Assembly (NCBI GenBank): GCA_035084275.1
Contig: CM068744.1
Coordinates: 42,470,001-42,534,000 of the forward strand
From: Hydrolagus colliei
Lineage: Eukaryota
Length of the DNA: 64,000 bases
Direction: 5' to 3'
The notes beneath the pieces were generated by a model. It did not search any database. It was given only the letters and a program-made list of their open reading frames with translations, and was not told where the DNA came from. The translations under genes and the position numbers were made by a program. Numbering within the stretch: position 1 is the first letter of the stretch; each line of letters begins with the position of its first letter. Of the stretch, positions 1 through 11,762 are shown one piece after another.

Positions 1-392
1 CAATTGTTTCCATTTTATTCTCACACTATTTCATGCTTCATGATCGTACAGACATGGTAATAATATCAATTTATTACATCTTAATGATATGATATGGTGA
101 TATATCAAATGTGAGAATGATTATCATTATTATTTGCAGATTAAACTGGAGCTCGAAGTCTCAGTGGATTGGCCCAAAGCTGATGAGACAAAGCATATCA
201 GTATATGCTGTCTGTTTACACCACAGATATCAAATGCAAATATATGGGGTTATTACTTCTTGTGGTCAGTGGGAAAGCCGAAAATTAGGAATGTTTTCAA
301 GCGTGCACTTTTCGGATGTCACTGTGACTTTCCACAATGTTGTGGGAAGTGGGTAAAACCTCTGAATCATTCTCTTCCTGAGCCAGGAGATT

Positions 393-575
393 AATAATAA
401 TAATAATACTTGCATTTGATTTAGCACTTTTTCACATCTTCTAGACATGCCAAAGCGCTTCACAGAATATACTGTAAAGTGATTTGACTGTATATTTGTG
501 GGCAAAACGCGGCAGACAATTGTGCCCAGCAGTGTCCAACAAACAGTAGTGGATTGAACTGACCAATTTCAACTG
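393..575 (-). mobile_element. tRNA-derived SINE, 3' half
   Basis: (TAA)n tail followed by cttgcatttgatttagcacttttcac and the family core (reverse complement of gggacactgctgtgcgcaattggctgccgcgtttcgccc); shared with many copies in the window. Confidence 0.75.
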
Positions 576-644
576 AAGATTGATGCAACCCATCAAACTG
601 ACTATCTGTCCTGTCCATAGATTCAAACCATCAACATGGTTTGA

Positions 645-812
645 AGCGATATGGGGGGAGAGAGGGACGGCGGTGGGGGGGGGTGGGGGGAGAGAGGGAC
701 GGCGGCGGGGGTGGGTGGGGGGATAGAGGGACGGCGGCGGGGGGGTGGGGGGTGAGAGGGACGGAGGTGGGGAGGGTGGGGGGAAAGAGCGATGGTGGCG
801 GGGGGGTCATCC
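645..812. repeat. G-rich minisatellite (gagagagggacggcggcggggg-like unit)
   Basis: About 5 imperfect units; same unit as the core of the hAT MITE at 35700-36200. Confidence 0.8.
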
Positions 813-2043
813 GGTCCCTCACCAGCACCGCCTTCTTCCACCTCCGACGGATCGCCCATCTCCAGCAATACCTCACCCCAAAAGTTGCTGAAACCTTGGT
901 CCATTCCTTTATCACAGAGCTGCCAACCAGTACACTTTTGCCGTATTTAGTACGATAAATTGAAGTAAATACGGCAGTACGATTTTTCTTGTTAAAATAA
1001 GTTTTTTTGAATATCCGAAATGTTCCATGCTCTGTTTGTCTCTCTGTCTCTCTCTTTCTCAGTCTCTCTCTGTGTGTCTCTCTCTCTCTCTGTGTCTCTT
1101 TCCCGCTCTCTGTCTCTCTCTCTCTCTCTTTCCGTGTCTCTTTCCCTCTCTCTGTCTGTCACAGTCGTGCTCTCTCTTTCTTTACATACACTGTAAATGT
1201 TAACGCTAGGCACTAGGCTAGGCGCAAGGCATTACTGGGAACGATTTTTTTCATATACGGAAACACATACGGAAACATATACAGAAACACAGTAGGGACC
1301 TCCTGCTTAATGCAATTTTTGCTTAACAAAGAGTTTTGAAGTCCCATTTTACTTGCCATCTTTTCGCGCTGTAATTTTTTCGTTAAATACCGGTACGTTC
1401 TGGGGAAAATACTTTTTTGAATTACAAAATACTCTTTTTAGCTTTCAGGAGTACTTTTTTTTGTTAATAAAGGTTGGCAGCTCTGTTATCACTGGGCTAC
1501 TGCAACACCCTCCTCGCCAGTCTCCCCTCCACCACAATCCATAAAATCCAACTCATCCAAAACTCTGCCGCCCGCATACTCACCCACACCAAGCTTCGCT
1601 CCCCCATTACCCCAGTACTTGCCAGACTTAACTGGCTCCCTGTCCCTGAGAGGATCGACTTCAAGATCCTCACCCTTGTTTTCAAGTCACTCCACTTCTC
1701 TGCACCCTCCTACCTCTCTGATCTCCTCTTCCCCCAAACCAGCACCCGCTGCCTTCACTCTACTGGTTCTGGCCTCCTCCATATCCCCCGAATCCTCCGC
1801 TCCACCCTCGGCGGAAGTGCCTTCAGCCACTATGCCCCAAGGCTCTGGAACTCCCTTCCTCACTCCCTTCGCCTTGCCCCCTCTCTTCGCAGTTTCAGGT
1901 CACAGTTAAAGACCTTTCTCTTCGACCGTGCCTTTGGTCACCTTTCTGCCCCTGCCCCTGGCTCGGTCCCAGGATCCGCTATTGTGAAGCGCTCTGAGAC
2001 GCTGTCTGGTGTGGAGGGCGCTATATAAATCAAAGTTGTTATT
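813..2043 (+). mobile_element. L2 LINE 3' fragment (RT C-terminus plus tail), split by a DNA transposon
   Basis: Reading STAFFHLRRIAHLQQYLTPKVAETLVHSFIT stops at 914 and resumes after 1485 as LGYCNTLLASLP...QNSAARILT...LHWLP-like; tail gcgctatataaatcaaagttgtt. Confidence 0.9.
915..1485. mobile_element. Non-autonomous DNA transposon (MITE), probably hAT
   Basis: 14-bp TIR cagagctgccaacc / ggttggcagctctg; ttatca duplicated on both flanks; internal (CT)n tract. Confidence 0.7.
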
Positions 2044-2061
2044 GTACCAATTAGCACATGG

Positions 2062-2158
2062 CTCAGGCAGCAATCCCAATATTTGACCTGCTGAGTTTCC
2101 CCAGCAACTTTTGTTTTTGTTTCAGATTCCTAGCATCTGTAGTATTTTGTGTTTTGTT
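2062..2158 (+). mobile_element. Penelope-like terminal repeat fragment (hammerhead part missing)
   Basis: gacctgctgagtttccccagc...tttcagattcctagcatctgtagtattttg matches the units at 32635-32752 and 42973-43097. Confidence 0.5.
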
Positions 2159-2900
2159 TATACTGATTTGGATGTACTACGTTTTAATTTAATTCCTAGT
2201 TCCTTGAATTCCCTCTTCAAGTCGTCCCTTCTAACCCTATCTATATCATTGGTACCTATGTGAATTACCACAATTGGATCCTCTACCTCCTGCCTCAAAT
2301 TATTCTCCAGCCCTGCAGAGACATCCATCACCCTGGCCCCACGAAAGCAACAGAGCCTTCGAGTCTTCTGGCTGCGGCTGCAGATAAGTGTATCTGTCAT
2401 TCTCACAATCTCGTCCCTAATTACCACTACCTTCTGTTTATCTCCCCCTACTTGTGTGGCCTCCTGTATAGAGATATTGGAATCAGGTTTCCCATCCTCT
2501 TTACAGGCTTCCTTGACCATACAGGTTGCAAGAATCTCGTACCTGTTGGTCAAGGTTAAATAAAGCCTGTGGCTTCCCTGCCACTCGCTCTGGGGTCCTC
2601 TTAACTACCTGAGTGTCAAACACCCTGTCCTGTCCCTGACTCGTAACAGTATCCATACATTCCCTGAGCCTCAAGGGAGTGACTGGCTCCAGGATATAAG
2701 TCCAGGAAACTCTCACTTTCCTTGATGCTGCGCAATGTCTGCACCTCGGATTCCAGTTGAGCTGGAGTTTCCTCAGTTGCAAACAGTTGAGGCAGATGTG
2801 GTCTCCGAAGCTCAGACTGCCCTCCATCAACTATCACACATCACAGTCCTCATATAACACATGCCACGCCATTCGCTCCTTTCCCACTCTCACTAAGTAT
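2158..2900 (-). mobile_element. CR1 LINE ORF1 relic (Cys finger plus SGNH esterase)
   Basis: HICLNCLQL, then VVVIRDEIVRMTD...CCFRGARVMDV...VVIHIGTNDI, the SGNH/GDSL-type ORF1 of CR1. Confidence 0.8.
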
Positions 2901-2958
2901 TATAGGTTTTTTAAAATCTTTGTTTTGTTGTTTCTTTTAAAATAAAAAAAATTGTGTT

Positions 2959-4490
2959 ACAACAACAACTTCGATTTCTATAGCGCCCTCTACGCCAGAC
3001 GGCGTCTCAGAGCGCATCACAAATAGCGGATCCCGGGACTGAGCCAAGGGCAGGGGCAGAAAGGTGACCAAAAGCGCGGTCGAAGTGAAAGGTATTCAAC
3101 TGTGACCTGAAACTGGGAAGAGAGGGGGCGAGGCGAAGGGAGTGAGGAAGGGAGTTTCAGAGCCTCGGGGCATAGTGGCTGAAGGCACGGCTGCCGAGGG
3201 TGGAGCGGAGGATTCGGGGAACATGGAGGAGTCCAGACCCAGAGGAGCGAAGGCTGCGGATGCTGGTTTGGGGGGAGAAGAGACCAGAGAGATAGGGGGA
3301 TGCAGAGGAGTGGAGGGAGTTGAAAACAAGGGTGAGGATCTTGAAGTTGATCCTCTCTGGGATAGGGAGCCAGTGAAGTCTGGCAAGGACTGGGGTAATG
3401 GAGGAGCGAAGCTTGGAGCGGGTGAGTATGCAGGCGGCAGAGTTTGGGATAAGATGGATTTTGTGGATTGTGATGGAGGGGAGACAAGAGAGGAAGGTGT
3501 TGCGATAGTCCAGCCGAGAGGTGACAAAGGTGTGGACCAAGGTTTCAGTAGCTTATGGGGTGAGGTATTGGCGGAGACGGGTGATCCGTCGGAGGTGGTA
3601 GAAGGCAGTGCTGGTAACGGACTGGATGTGGGGGATGAAGGACAGTTGGGGGTCGAACCTGACGTCTAGGTTGCGCACAGGTTCGGAGAGTTTTAGAGGC
3701 AGGCCGGGAAGGTGGAGGAGGTGAGAGCCGTGTGAATGGTGAGAGCCAAGGAGTATGGCCTCCGTCTTGTCGACATTCAGCTGCAAGAAATTTGCGCTCA
3801 TCCAGCCTCTGATGTCTGAAAGGCAGGCTGGCAGAACATCAGGGGACTGGGGATCGCAAAGTGAAGTGGAGCGATAGAGTTGCATATCATCCGCATACAT
3901 GTGGAAGTGTGCCCCATGTCTGCGGATGACATCCCCAAGAGGGAGCGTATAGATGAGGAAACGGAGGGGGCCAAGGATAGATCCCTGGGGTACCCCGCAG
4001 GTAACTGGGTGAGTGCGGGAGGAAAAACCATTTGTGGAGATGTACTGCTGGCGGTTTGTGAGGTAGGACTCGAACCAGGTGAATGCGGTCCCACTCAGGT
4101 GGGTGATGGAGGACAGGCGGTGGAGGAGGATGGCATGGTCGACTGTGTCGAACGCAGCCGACAGGTCCAGGAGGATAAGGAGGCAGAGGGGGCCCTGGTC
4201 GCAGATAGAGAGGATGTCGTTTGTGACTTTCACAAGCGCAGTCTCTGTACTGTGGGCAGGGCGGAAACCAGACTGGAGGGGTTCGAAGAGGGAGTGGGAG
4301 GAGAGGTGGGCGCGGAGTTGGTTTACGACAACGCGATCCAGTGCTTTTGAAAGGAAGGGCGAGTTAGAAATAGGGCGGTAGTGGCTGGGGTTTGAGGGAT
4401 CTAGGGAGGGTATTTAAGGAGTGGGGTGATTGGCAGCAGTTTTGAGGGGGACAGGGACTGATCCAGTGGAGACGGACTGGTTGATGATAT
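2959..4490 (-). mobile_element. L2 LINE, 5'-truncated, RT region
   Basis: ORF 3553-4233 with [27 protein letters not shown]; (CAA)n tail at 2959. Confidence 0.95.
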
Positions 4491-4679
4491 CACTCTGACA
4501 CACTCTCACACACTATCACTGTCTCTCTCACGCTTTGTCTACTGTTCTTCATCTCTCTCCCTGTTTTTTTCTCTCTCTCTCACACACACTCTCCCTCTCA
4601 CACACTCCCTGACCGACTCTCCCTCTGTCTATCTCTGACAGTCTGTATATTTCTCTCTCTATATATATTTCCCCCAGGC

Positions 4680-5000
4680 AGCAACTCTGGATATTCTGCC
4701 ACTTCAGCGCCGCCTCTGATGCGGGGCCGCAGCACATTGCCACCTGTTGGTCACATGTGGAACTGCAGCCCCCAGTCAGCAGCTCCTGATATTCTGCCAA
4801 TTCAGCGCCTCCTCCGCGGGGCCGCAGTTACAGCAGGGACCCAGTGACGTCACACCCAGTTTTGGCCGTTGGTTTAGGCGGGAAATTTCAAAATGGCGTC
4901 TCCGCGCCCGGACCCACCAACGGCTTGAACTGCTGCCCCGACTCCGCTCAACAACAACAACAGCCGCGGGAGCAGCGCCGCCATCTTGGACAGTCTCCAG
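4680..5000. promoter_or_regulatory. CpG-rich promoter-like block, possibly the 5' UTR of the CR1 interrupted by the L2
   Basis: CRE tgacgtca 4845-4852; YY1-type caaaatggcg 4889-4898 and cgccgccatcttgg 4976-4989; CTCF-like tgccacctgttgg 4738-4750. Confidence 0.4.
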
Positions 5001-5124
5001 GTAAAATGGGGAGAGGGAGTGAGTGAGATAGAGAGAGGGACAGAAAGAGAGTGAGAATGTGGGAGGGAGAGAGAGTGAAAGGGAATGGGAGTGAGAGAGT
5101 GTCTGAAATACAGAGAGAGAAAGA

Positions 5125-6390
5125 ATCATAGAATCTTACTGCAAAAAGAGGCCATTCAGCCCATCGAGTCTGTGCCAGCTCTTTGAAAAGAGCAACTTAA
5201 TCCCTCTCCCCAGCTCTCTCCCCATAACTCTACAAACCCATCCTCCCCAAATAAATGTCTACCTCTCTTTTAAAAGTTGTTATCGAATCGGCCTCCACCA
5301 CCTTTTCAGGCCATGCATTCCAGATTCGAACAACTCGCTGAGTGAAACAAATTCTCCTCCCCTCCCCTCTGCTTCTTTTTAAACTATTTTAAATCAGTGA
5401 TCTCGGGTCACTGATACAATTACCGCTCTAAGTCCAAAGGTTTGTTAGTCCAAAGCTTCCCCTAACCCTAACCCTAACCATTGGACTAATGAACCGTCGG
5501 ACTATCGCACCAAATGTTCGTATTAACGAACCTTATTTCATTGTTGGTTCGGACTATCGAGCGGTAACCACGGTAACCGCCCCGGGTATAGGAAATTTGT
5601 GTATTCAGACTATCGAACCTTCAGACTATCAAGCGGACCCCACTGATACACCCACCAGTGGAAACAGTTTTCCCTATCTACTCTGTCGAATCCCCTCATT
5701 ATCTTGAAAACCTCTATTAGGTCTCCTCACACCCTTCTCTGTTCCAATGAGAATAAACCCAGCCTCTCTAGCCTTTCCTCGTAGCTGAAGTCCCTCATTC
5801 CTGGTACCATCCTGGTAAATCTCCTCTGCACCCTTTCCAATACCTTAACATCCTTCCTAAAGTGTGGTGACCAGAAATGAACACAATACTCTAGCTGAGG
5901 CCTAACCAAAGTTTTATAGGGGTTAGTCAGAACTTCCTGACTTTTATACTCTGGCCAATATTTATAAATCCTAGTATCCCTTATGCATTTTAAACAGCCT
6001 TATCTACCTGTCCTGCCACCTTCAAAGAATCACTCACACAAACCCCAGGTCTCTCTGTTTCTTCACACTCCTTAAAATTTTTACTATGTGGCCTATTTTG
6101 CTTCCCCTCATTTCTCCTCCCAAAATGCATCACCTCACAATTCTCTACATTAAATTTAATCTGCCATGTGTCTGCCCATTTTATCATTCTGTCTATATCT
6201 TCTTGCAGATGCTACTATCCTCCTCACTATTTACTATTTTTCCTAACTTTGTGTCATCTGCAAACTTGGAAATGATACTCCCTATACCACAAGTCCAGAT
6301 CATTAATATAAATTAAAAAGAGCAATGGTCCCAATCCCAATCCCTGGGGGACGCCACTGTACACTTCCCTCCAGTCAAGAGTGTTCCCTC
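5125..6390 (-). mobile_element. CR1 LINE 3' part
   Basis: VRPQLEYCVHFWSPHFRKDVKVLERVQRRFTRMVPG; IKWADTWQIKFNVENCEVMHFGRRN; gaatcatagaat tail. Confidence 0.9.
5419..5640. mobile_element. MITE with 9-10 bp TSD (Mutator-like) containing (CCCTAA)3
   Basis: cactgataca duplicated at 5409-5418 and 5641-5650; five ggactatcga-like subterminal repeats; inserted in the CR1. Confidence 0.65.
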
Positions 6391-7375
6391 CCTCGAGAGA
6401 GTGAGAGAGTGGCCGAGAAGGAGAGAAAGGCCGAGAAGGAGAGAAAGAGATGGGAGAGAAAGTGAGAAAGCACGAAAGAGATTGAGTAAGAGAGAGGGTG
6501 ATAGAATGGGAAAGAGAATTTGAGAGAAAGAGAAAGTATGAAATAAAGAAAGAGAATGAGAGAGGAAGTGTGAGTGAGAGAAAGAGTGTGAGAGAAAGAG
6601 AGAGTGAGTGGGATTCTCTCTCTGTCACTCTCTCTTTCACTCCCCATGTCACCGAGGAGAAACAGCAACAAAGAGAGAGAGAGAGAGAGAGAGAATAAGA
6701 GTAAGAGAGAGAGAACAAGGAAAGAGAGAGAGAAAGAGGGAGAGGAAGAGGGAGGGAGCAAAAACGAGAAAGTGAGAGCATGAGAGAGAGAGAGAGCGAC
6801 AGAGAGAGGGAGAGTGACGGAGATGGACAGTGTGACAGAGAGGGAAATAGAGTGACAGAGGGAGGGAGACAGAGAGCAAGAGACACACTCTGAACAAGAC
6901 CCAGAGATCGATACAGAGAGAGAGAGCGACAAAGAGAGAGAGTGTGACAGGGAGGGGGAGAGAGAGATCGGTGGCAATAGAGCACATGAGAGAGAGAGTG
7001 TGAGAGAGCATAAGATAGACAGCATGGTAGACCGAGCGCATGACAGAGAGAGCCACAGAGAGGGGGAGAGAAAGTGCAACAGAGAGGCGGAGAGAGACTG
7101 TGACAGAGAGGGAAAGGAGAATGACAAAGAGGGAGAGAGTGCGACAGAGAGAGAGAGAGAGCGACAAAGAGGCAAAGAGTGACAAAGGGAGAGAGTGACA
7201 GGGGAAGAGAGTGACAGAGAGAGAGTGTGTGAGAGAGTAAGAGAGACAGCATGGTAGACCAAGCGCATGACAGAGAGAGCCATAGAGCAAGGGAGAGAAA
7301 GTGCAACAGAGAGGGGGAAAGAGGGTGCGACAGAGAGGGAGAGAATGCGACAGAGAGGGAGAGTGACAGAAAGGG
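6390..7375. repeat. About 1 kb GA-rich polypurine low-complexity tract
   Basis: Almost only A/G on the + strand with gacagagagag-type subunits; source of the long S/L-rich spurious ORFs. Confidence 0.9.
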
Positions 7376-7974
7376 AAAGATTATGTTGATTATATATTGA
7401 TTATATTCTCTGGGGAATCACAGTGGCCAATTGCATATGGAATCTTACCCCATAGGCCCACAAATGTTTCCTGTTAAATACCTATCCAATTAATCTTTCA
7501 AAACTACTATCCCAGAGACCCAGTACCCCTGAAATAGGTAACATCCTTGAACCTGTTTTCCCAGGTTCTCACAAAAACAGAACAACGTTCTATTAAGTCG
7601 GTTCTTACCATAACATGCCACAGCCAATGGGAAAGTAATTAATCGGAGAACAACTATTTTCGCACACTTCAAAATGATTACTGATTTGTCATATCAGGTA
7701 GATGACCAGCAACAATCTGGCAAAACAGGTTCCAAATCTAGTGCCAGGTTTTCAAAGGTAAAGTAATACAACTGGTATTCTCCATCCAATCCCTGGGCTG
7801 GCAGCATGCGTGAGATAAGATTGAACATAGAATTATGACCCGCTTTTATTGGCTGGGTATATATACGGACATAGAGAAATTCTATGCAACTTCTCCAAAT
7901 GCCAGCTGATCAGTACAGTGAGTCACATATTGGCTACATTAGTGCCCTTAACAATTATTGATACCCTCTTTTGT

Positions 7975-8095
7975 AAAGTGCTGGGAGATCTTTAACATTC
8001 AACTGAATCACCTCTAATGTCCTTAGGCAAATTTGACATCAAATAAAACCTCAGCTAAAGGATGGCACCTCTGACATTGTAGCACTGCACTATAA
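7975..8095 (+). mobile_element. Degenerate Deu-domain SINE relic
   Basis: gggagatctttaacattcaactga...aaaggatggcacctctgacattgtagcactgcact resembles my recollection of the AmnSINE1/SacSINE1 Deu core. Confidence 0.4.
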
Positions 8096-8139
8096 TATCA
8101 TCTTTGTTTATTCAGCATGGTAGGAAGACAGGACAGGCA

Positions 8140-11100
8140 GTGCAGAAATCCCCTGAAAGTGTGGCATTTTCAAACCGGTTTACTTTACTGAATACTGAGG
8201 GTATTAATACCTCTGGGGAGAGTGGTAAAAAGAAATTGGATGATCAGGGGGACATAGGGAAGAGAGCAAATGTGGTTGTCAATGGGAATACAACAGTCAA
8301 ATGTATAAACAGGTATTTCTGCAACTGAAGACGTGAGTCTCGGAAGGTGTGTTGCCTCCCTGGTGCCATGGTTGAAGACATCACAGAACAGTTCAATAAA
8401 ATTATACTCGGGAAGGGGAATATCCAGAAGTGGTGGTCCATGTTGGGATCTATGATGTCGGGAAAAAAGTAGCTGAGATACTTCAGGGAGAGTATCAGAA
8501 GCTGGGGAAAAGCTAAAGAGTAGAACCTCAAAGGTGGTGATCTCTGGATTACTTGAAGTGCCTCTTGCAAGCGAGTTTCAAAATGGTAGGATCAAGCACA
8601 TGAATGCATGGCTGGAGAAATAGTGCAGAAAGAAGGGATTCAGGTTCCTGGATCATTGGGACCAGTTCTGGGGCATGTGGGACCTGTACAAGATGGATGG
8701 ATGAGACCTAAACAGGGCAGGGACCAATGTCCTTGCAGTGAGATTATCTAGTACTGTAGGGGAGGGTTTAAATTAATTTTGAGGGGGGACGGGAATGCAA
8801 AAAGCAGTGATCCAGAGAAAAGTGAGCTAAGAGGGAAGAAAATGCAGAACAGACTAAGACAGTCTTGGAGTGCATGTGCATAAATGCACAAAGTGTAACA
8901 AAAAAGATGCTGAACTGCAGGCTCAAGTTGCCACAGGGGGAAATGATGTAGTATGAGTGCTTGTACTTGGCTCGTACATGGACAGGAATGGGAGCTGCAG
9001 TTCCTGGCTATAATGTATTCAGGAGAGATAGGGATGGAAAACAATGGTGGGGGGGTGGCGGGGGGGTAGCAATATTAATGAAACGCACGGTTACTGCCTT
9101 GGAAAGGGACAAGAATCTATCTGGTTAGAGTTAAGGAACAAAAAAAGAAGCTGGTTTGCTCCTAGGGGTCTATTATAGATGACCAAATAGTGGGAAGGAG
9201 ATAAGACAAGCAGACTTGAAAACAGATTTCAGAAAGATACAAACCCAATAGAGTAGTGATAATGGGGGTCTTCAGTTATCGCAACATAGACTGGCAAAAT
9301 AACAGCATAAAGGTCAAAGAGGAAGAAGGACTCCTGAAATATGTACAGGACAACTTGATCAGTATGTTTCCAGCCCAATGAGGAAGGAAGCAGTGCTGGA
9401 GCTAGCTCTGGGGAATGAAGTGGGGCAACAGGAGCAGGATTCAGATGGAGAGCATCTGGGCAATAGTGATCATAATATCATTAGATTCAATAGAGTACTT
9501 AGGGAAAGGGACAAGGAATAAATAATAATTAATAATAATAATAATCCTTACATTTATATAGCGCTTTCCACGTCTTATCGATGTCTCAAAGTGCTTCACA
9601 GAATACAACAATGTCCCAAGGTTGGGACCAGAGCAGGGGGAGAAGGAGAAGACAAGAGGGAAGAAAGGGGGGAGAAGAATGAATGGTGTGAGTTAAAAAG
9701 GGAACTAGCCAAGGTGGACTGGAAATAAAGATTGGCAGGTAAAACAGCTAGAGCAATGGGAAGTCTTTAAGGAGGAGAAGGTTTGGGGACAGAATAAATA
9801 TATTTCCACAAAGGAGAAAGTAGGGCATCCAAACCTCCCTGGATGACTAAGGAAAATGGGACTAAAATAAAAGAAAAAAAGAGGCTGATGATAAATGTCA
9901 GGCCCAAAATTCAGAAGACAACCAAGTGGAATATAGGAATACAAGCACAGAGGAGAACTGAAAAAGGAAATAAGAGGGGTAAAGAGATTCTATGAGAAAA
10001 GATTAGCAGGTGACATTAAAGGGAACTGTATAGTATTTTACAAACATATCAAGAATAAAAAGTTAGTCAAAGTAGAGTGGGGCCAATTAGGGACCAAGGC
10101 GGAAATTTTATTGTGGAGGCAGAGGGCACGGACGATATACTGAATGAGCACTTTGCATCTGTCTTACAATAGAAGAGGATGCAGCCAATACCACAGTATC
10201 GGAGGAGAGGGTAGAGGAATTGGATAGGATAAGTATAAACAGAGAGGAAATACTCAAAAGATTGACAATGCTGATGATAGATAAGACACCCTGTTCGGAA
10301 GGCATGCATCCAAGCTTACTAAGGGTGCACATAGCAGAGGCTCTCGCCATAATCTTTCAATCTTTCTTGGACACAGGGGTGGTGCCAGAGGACTGGAAGG
10401 TTACTAATGCTACTCCCTATACAAAAACAAACAGAAGGATAAACCTGGGAACTACAGGCCAGTCAGCTTCACATCAGCAATGAGGAAACTTCTGGAGACT
10501 ATAATCTGGGACAAAATAAATCTTCATTTGGAAAAATATCAGTTAATAAAGCACATTCAGAATGGATATGTTAAAGGCAAATCTTGTCTGACAAATCTGA
10601 TAGTTTTTTGATGAGGTAACGGAGAGGATGGATAAAGATCATGCAGTTGATGTAGTTTATATGGACTTTCAAAAGGCATTTGACAAAGTGCCACATAAGA
10701 GTCTTGTAAGGAAAATAGAAGCCCACGGTGTTAAAGGGACAGTGGCAGCATGGGAGACAGAAAGCAGAGAGTTGTGATGACCAACTGTTCTTCTGACTGG
10801 AGGGAAGTGTACAGTATATAAATGTAATTTTGTTTTTGTTGTTGTTACAGTGGTGTCCCCCAGGGATCATTATTGGGACCACTGCTCTTCTTAATATATA
10901 TAAACGATCTAGCCTTAGGTATTGGAAGTACAATTTCCAAGTTTGCAGATGATATCAAGTTAGGAAAAGTAGTAAATAGTGAGGAGGATAGTAACACACT
11001 GCAAGAGGACATAGACAGAATGGTAAAATGGGCAGACGCACGGCAGATGAAGTGGAGAAATATGAGGTGATGCATTTTGGGAGAAAGAATGAGGAAAGGC

Positions 11101-11762
11101 AATATTGCGTAGATAGTACAATCTAAAGGGGGGTGAAGTAACAGAGAGACCTGGTGGTTCATGCAAGTCAATCTTTGAAGGTGTCAGGACAGGTAGATTA
11201 GGCTGTTTAAAAAAAACAGGATACTTGCCTTTATCAATAGGGGCATAGAGTACAAAAGTCAGGAAGGATGTTAAGGCATTGGAAAGTGTGCAGAGGGATT
11301 TACCAGGAATGGTACCAGGAATGAGCAACTTTGATTATGAGGAAAGGTTAGAGAGGCTAGGGTTATTCTCATTGGAGCAGAGAAGGTTACTAGGAGACCT
11401 AATAGAAGTTTTCAAAATCATGCGGGGATTTGGCAGGATAAACAGGAAAAAACTGTTTCCACTGGTGGGTATGTCAGTGACTCGAGGACACAGATTTAAA
11501 ATGGTTTCTAACAGAACCAGAGGGGAGGTGAGGAGAAATTTATTCATGCAGCGAATTGTTTGATTCTGGAATGTATTGCCTGAAAGGTGGAGGCTGATTT
11601 GATAACTTTTAAAAGAGAGGTGGATGGTTATTTGGGGAGGTGGATTTGCACGGTTAAGGGGAGCAAGCAGAGGAGTGGGATTGACTTTGACTCTTATCAA
11701 AGATCCAGCACAGACTCTGTGGTCCGAATTTTTTTTTTTGTACAATTCTATGATTCCATGAT
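8140..11762 (+). mobile_element. Near full-length decayed CR1 LINE (ORF1 esterase, endonuclease, RT, tail)
   Basis: Esterase relic 8150-8760; [30 protein letters not shown] at about 10873; ESVQRDLPGMVPG...ERLERLGLFSLEQRRL; attctatgattccatgatt tail; many frameshifts. Confidence 0.9.

Noticed and set aside
180-212. CTGATGA followed by a hairpin (hammerhead-like)
   Set aside because: No GAAA after stem II and no stem I/III pairing
5460-5478. Interstitial telomere or chromosome fusion scar
   Set aside because: Only three hexamers, one orientation, inside a MITE with a TSD
6254-7306. Long ORFs of 200-350 aa (also 25111-25995, 35269-36379, 55879-56739)
   Set aside because: Low-complexity GA/CT or C-rich repeats that lack stops in several frames; no domain content
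7419-7579. RSS parts: cacagtg at 7419 and acaaaaaca at 7571
   Set aside because: Neither has its partner at 12 or 23 bp spacing, and there is no V/D/J segment nearby
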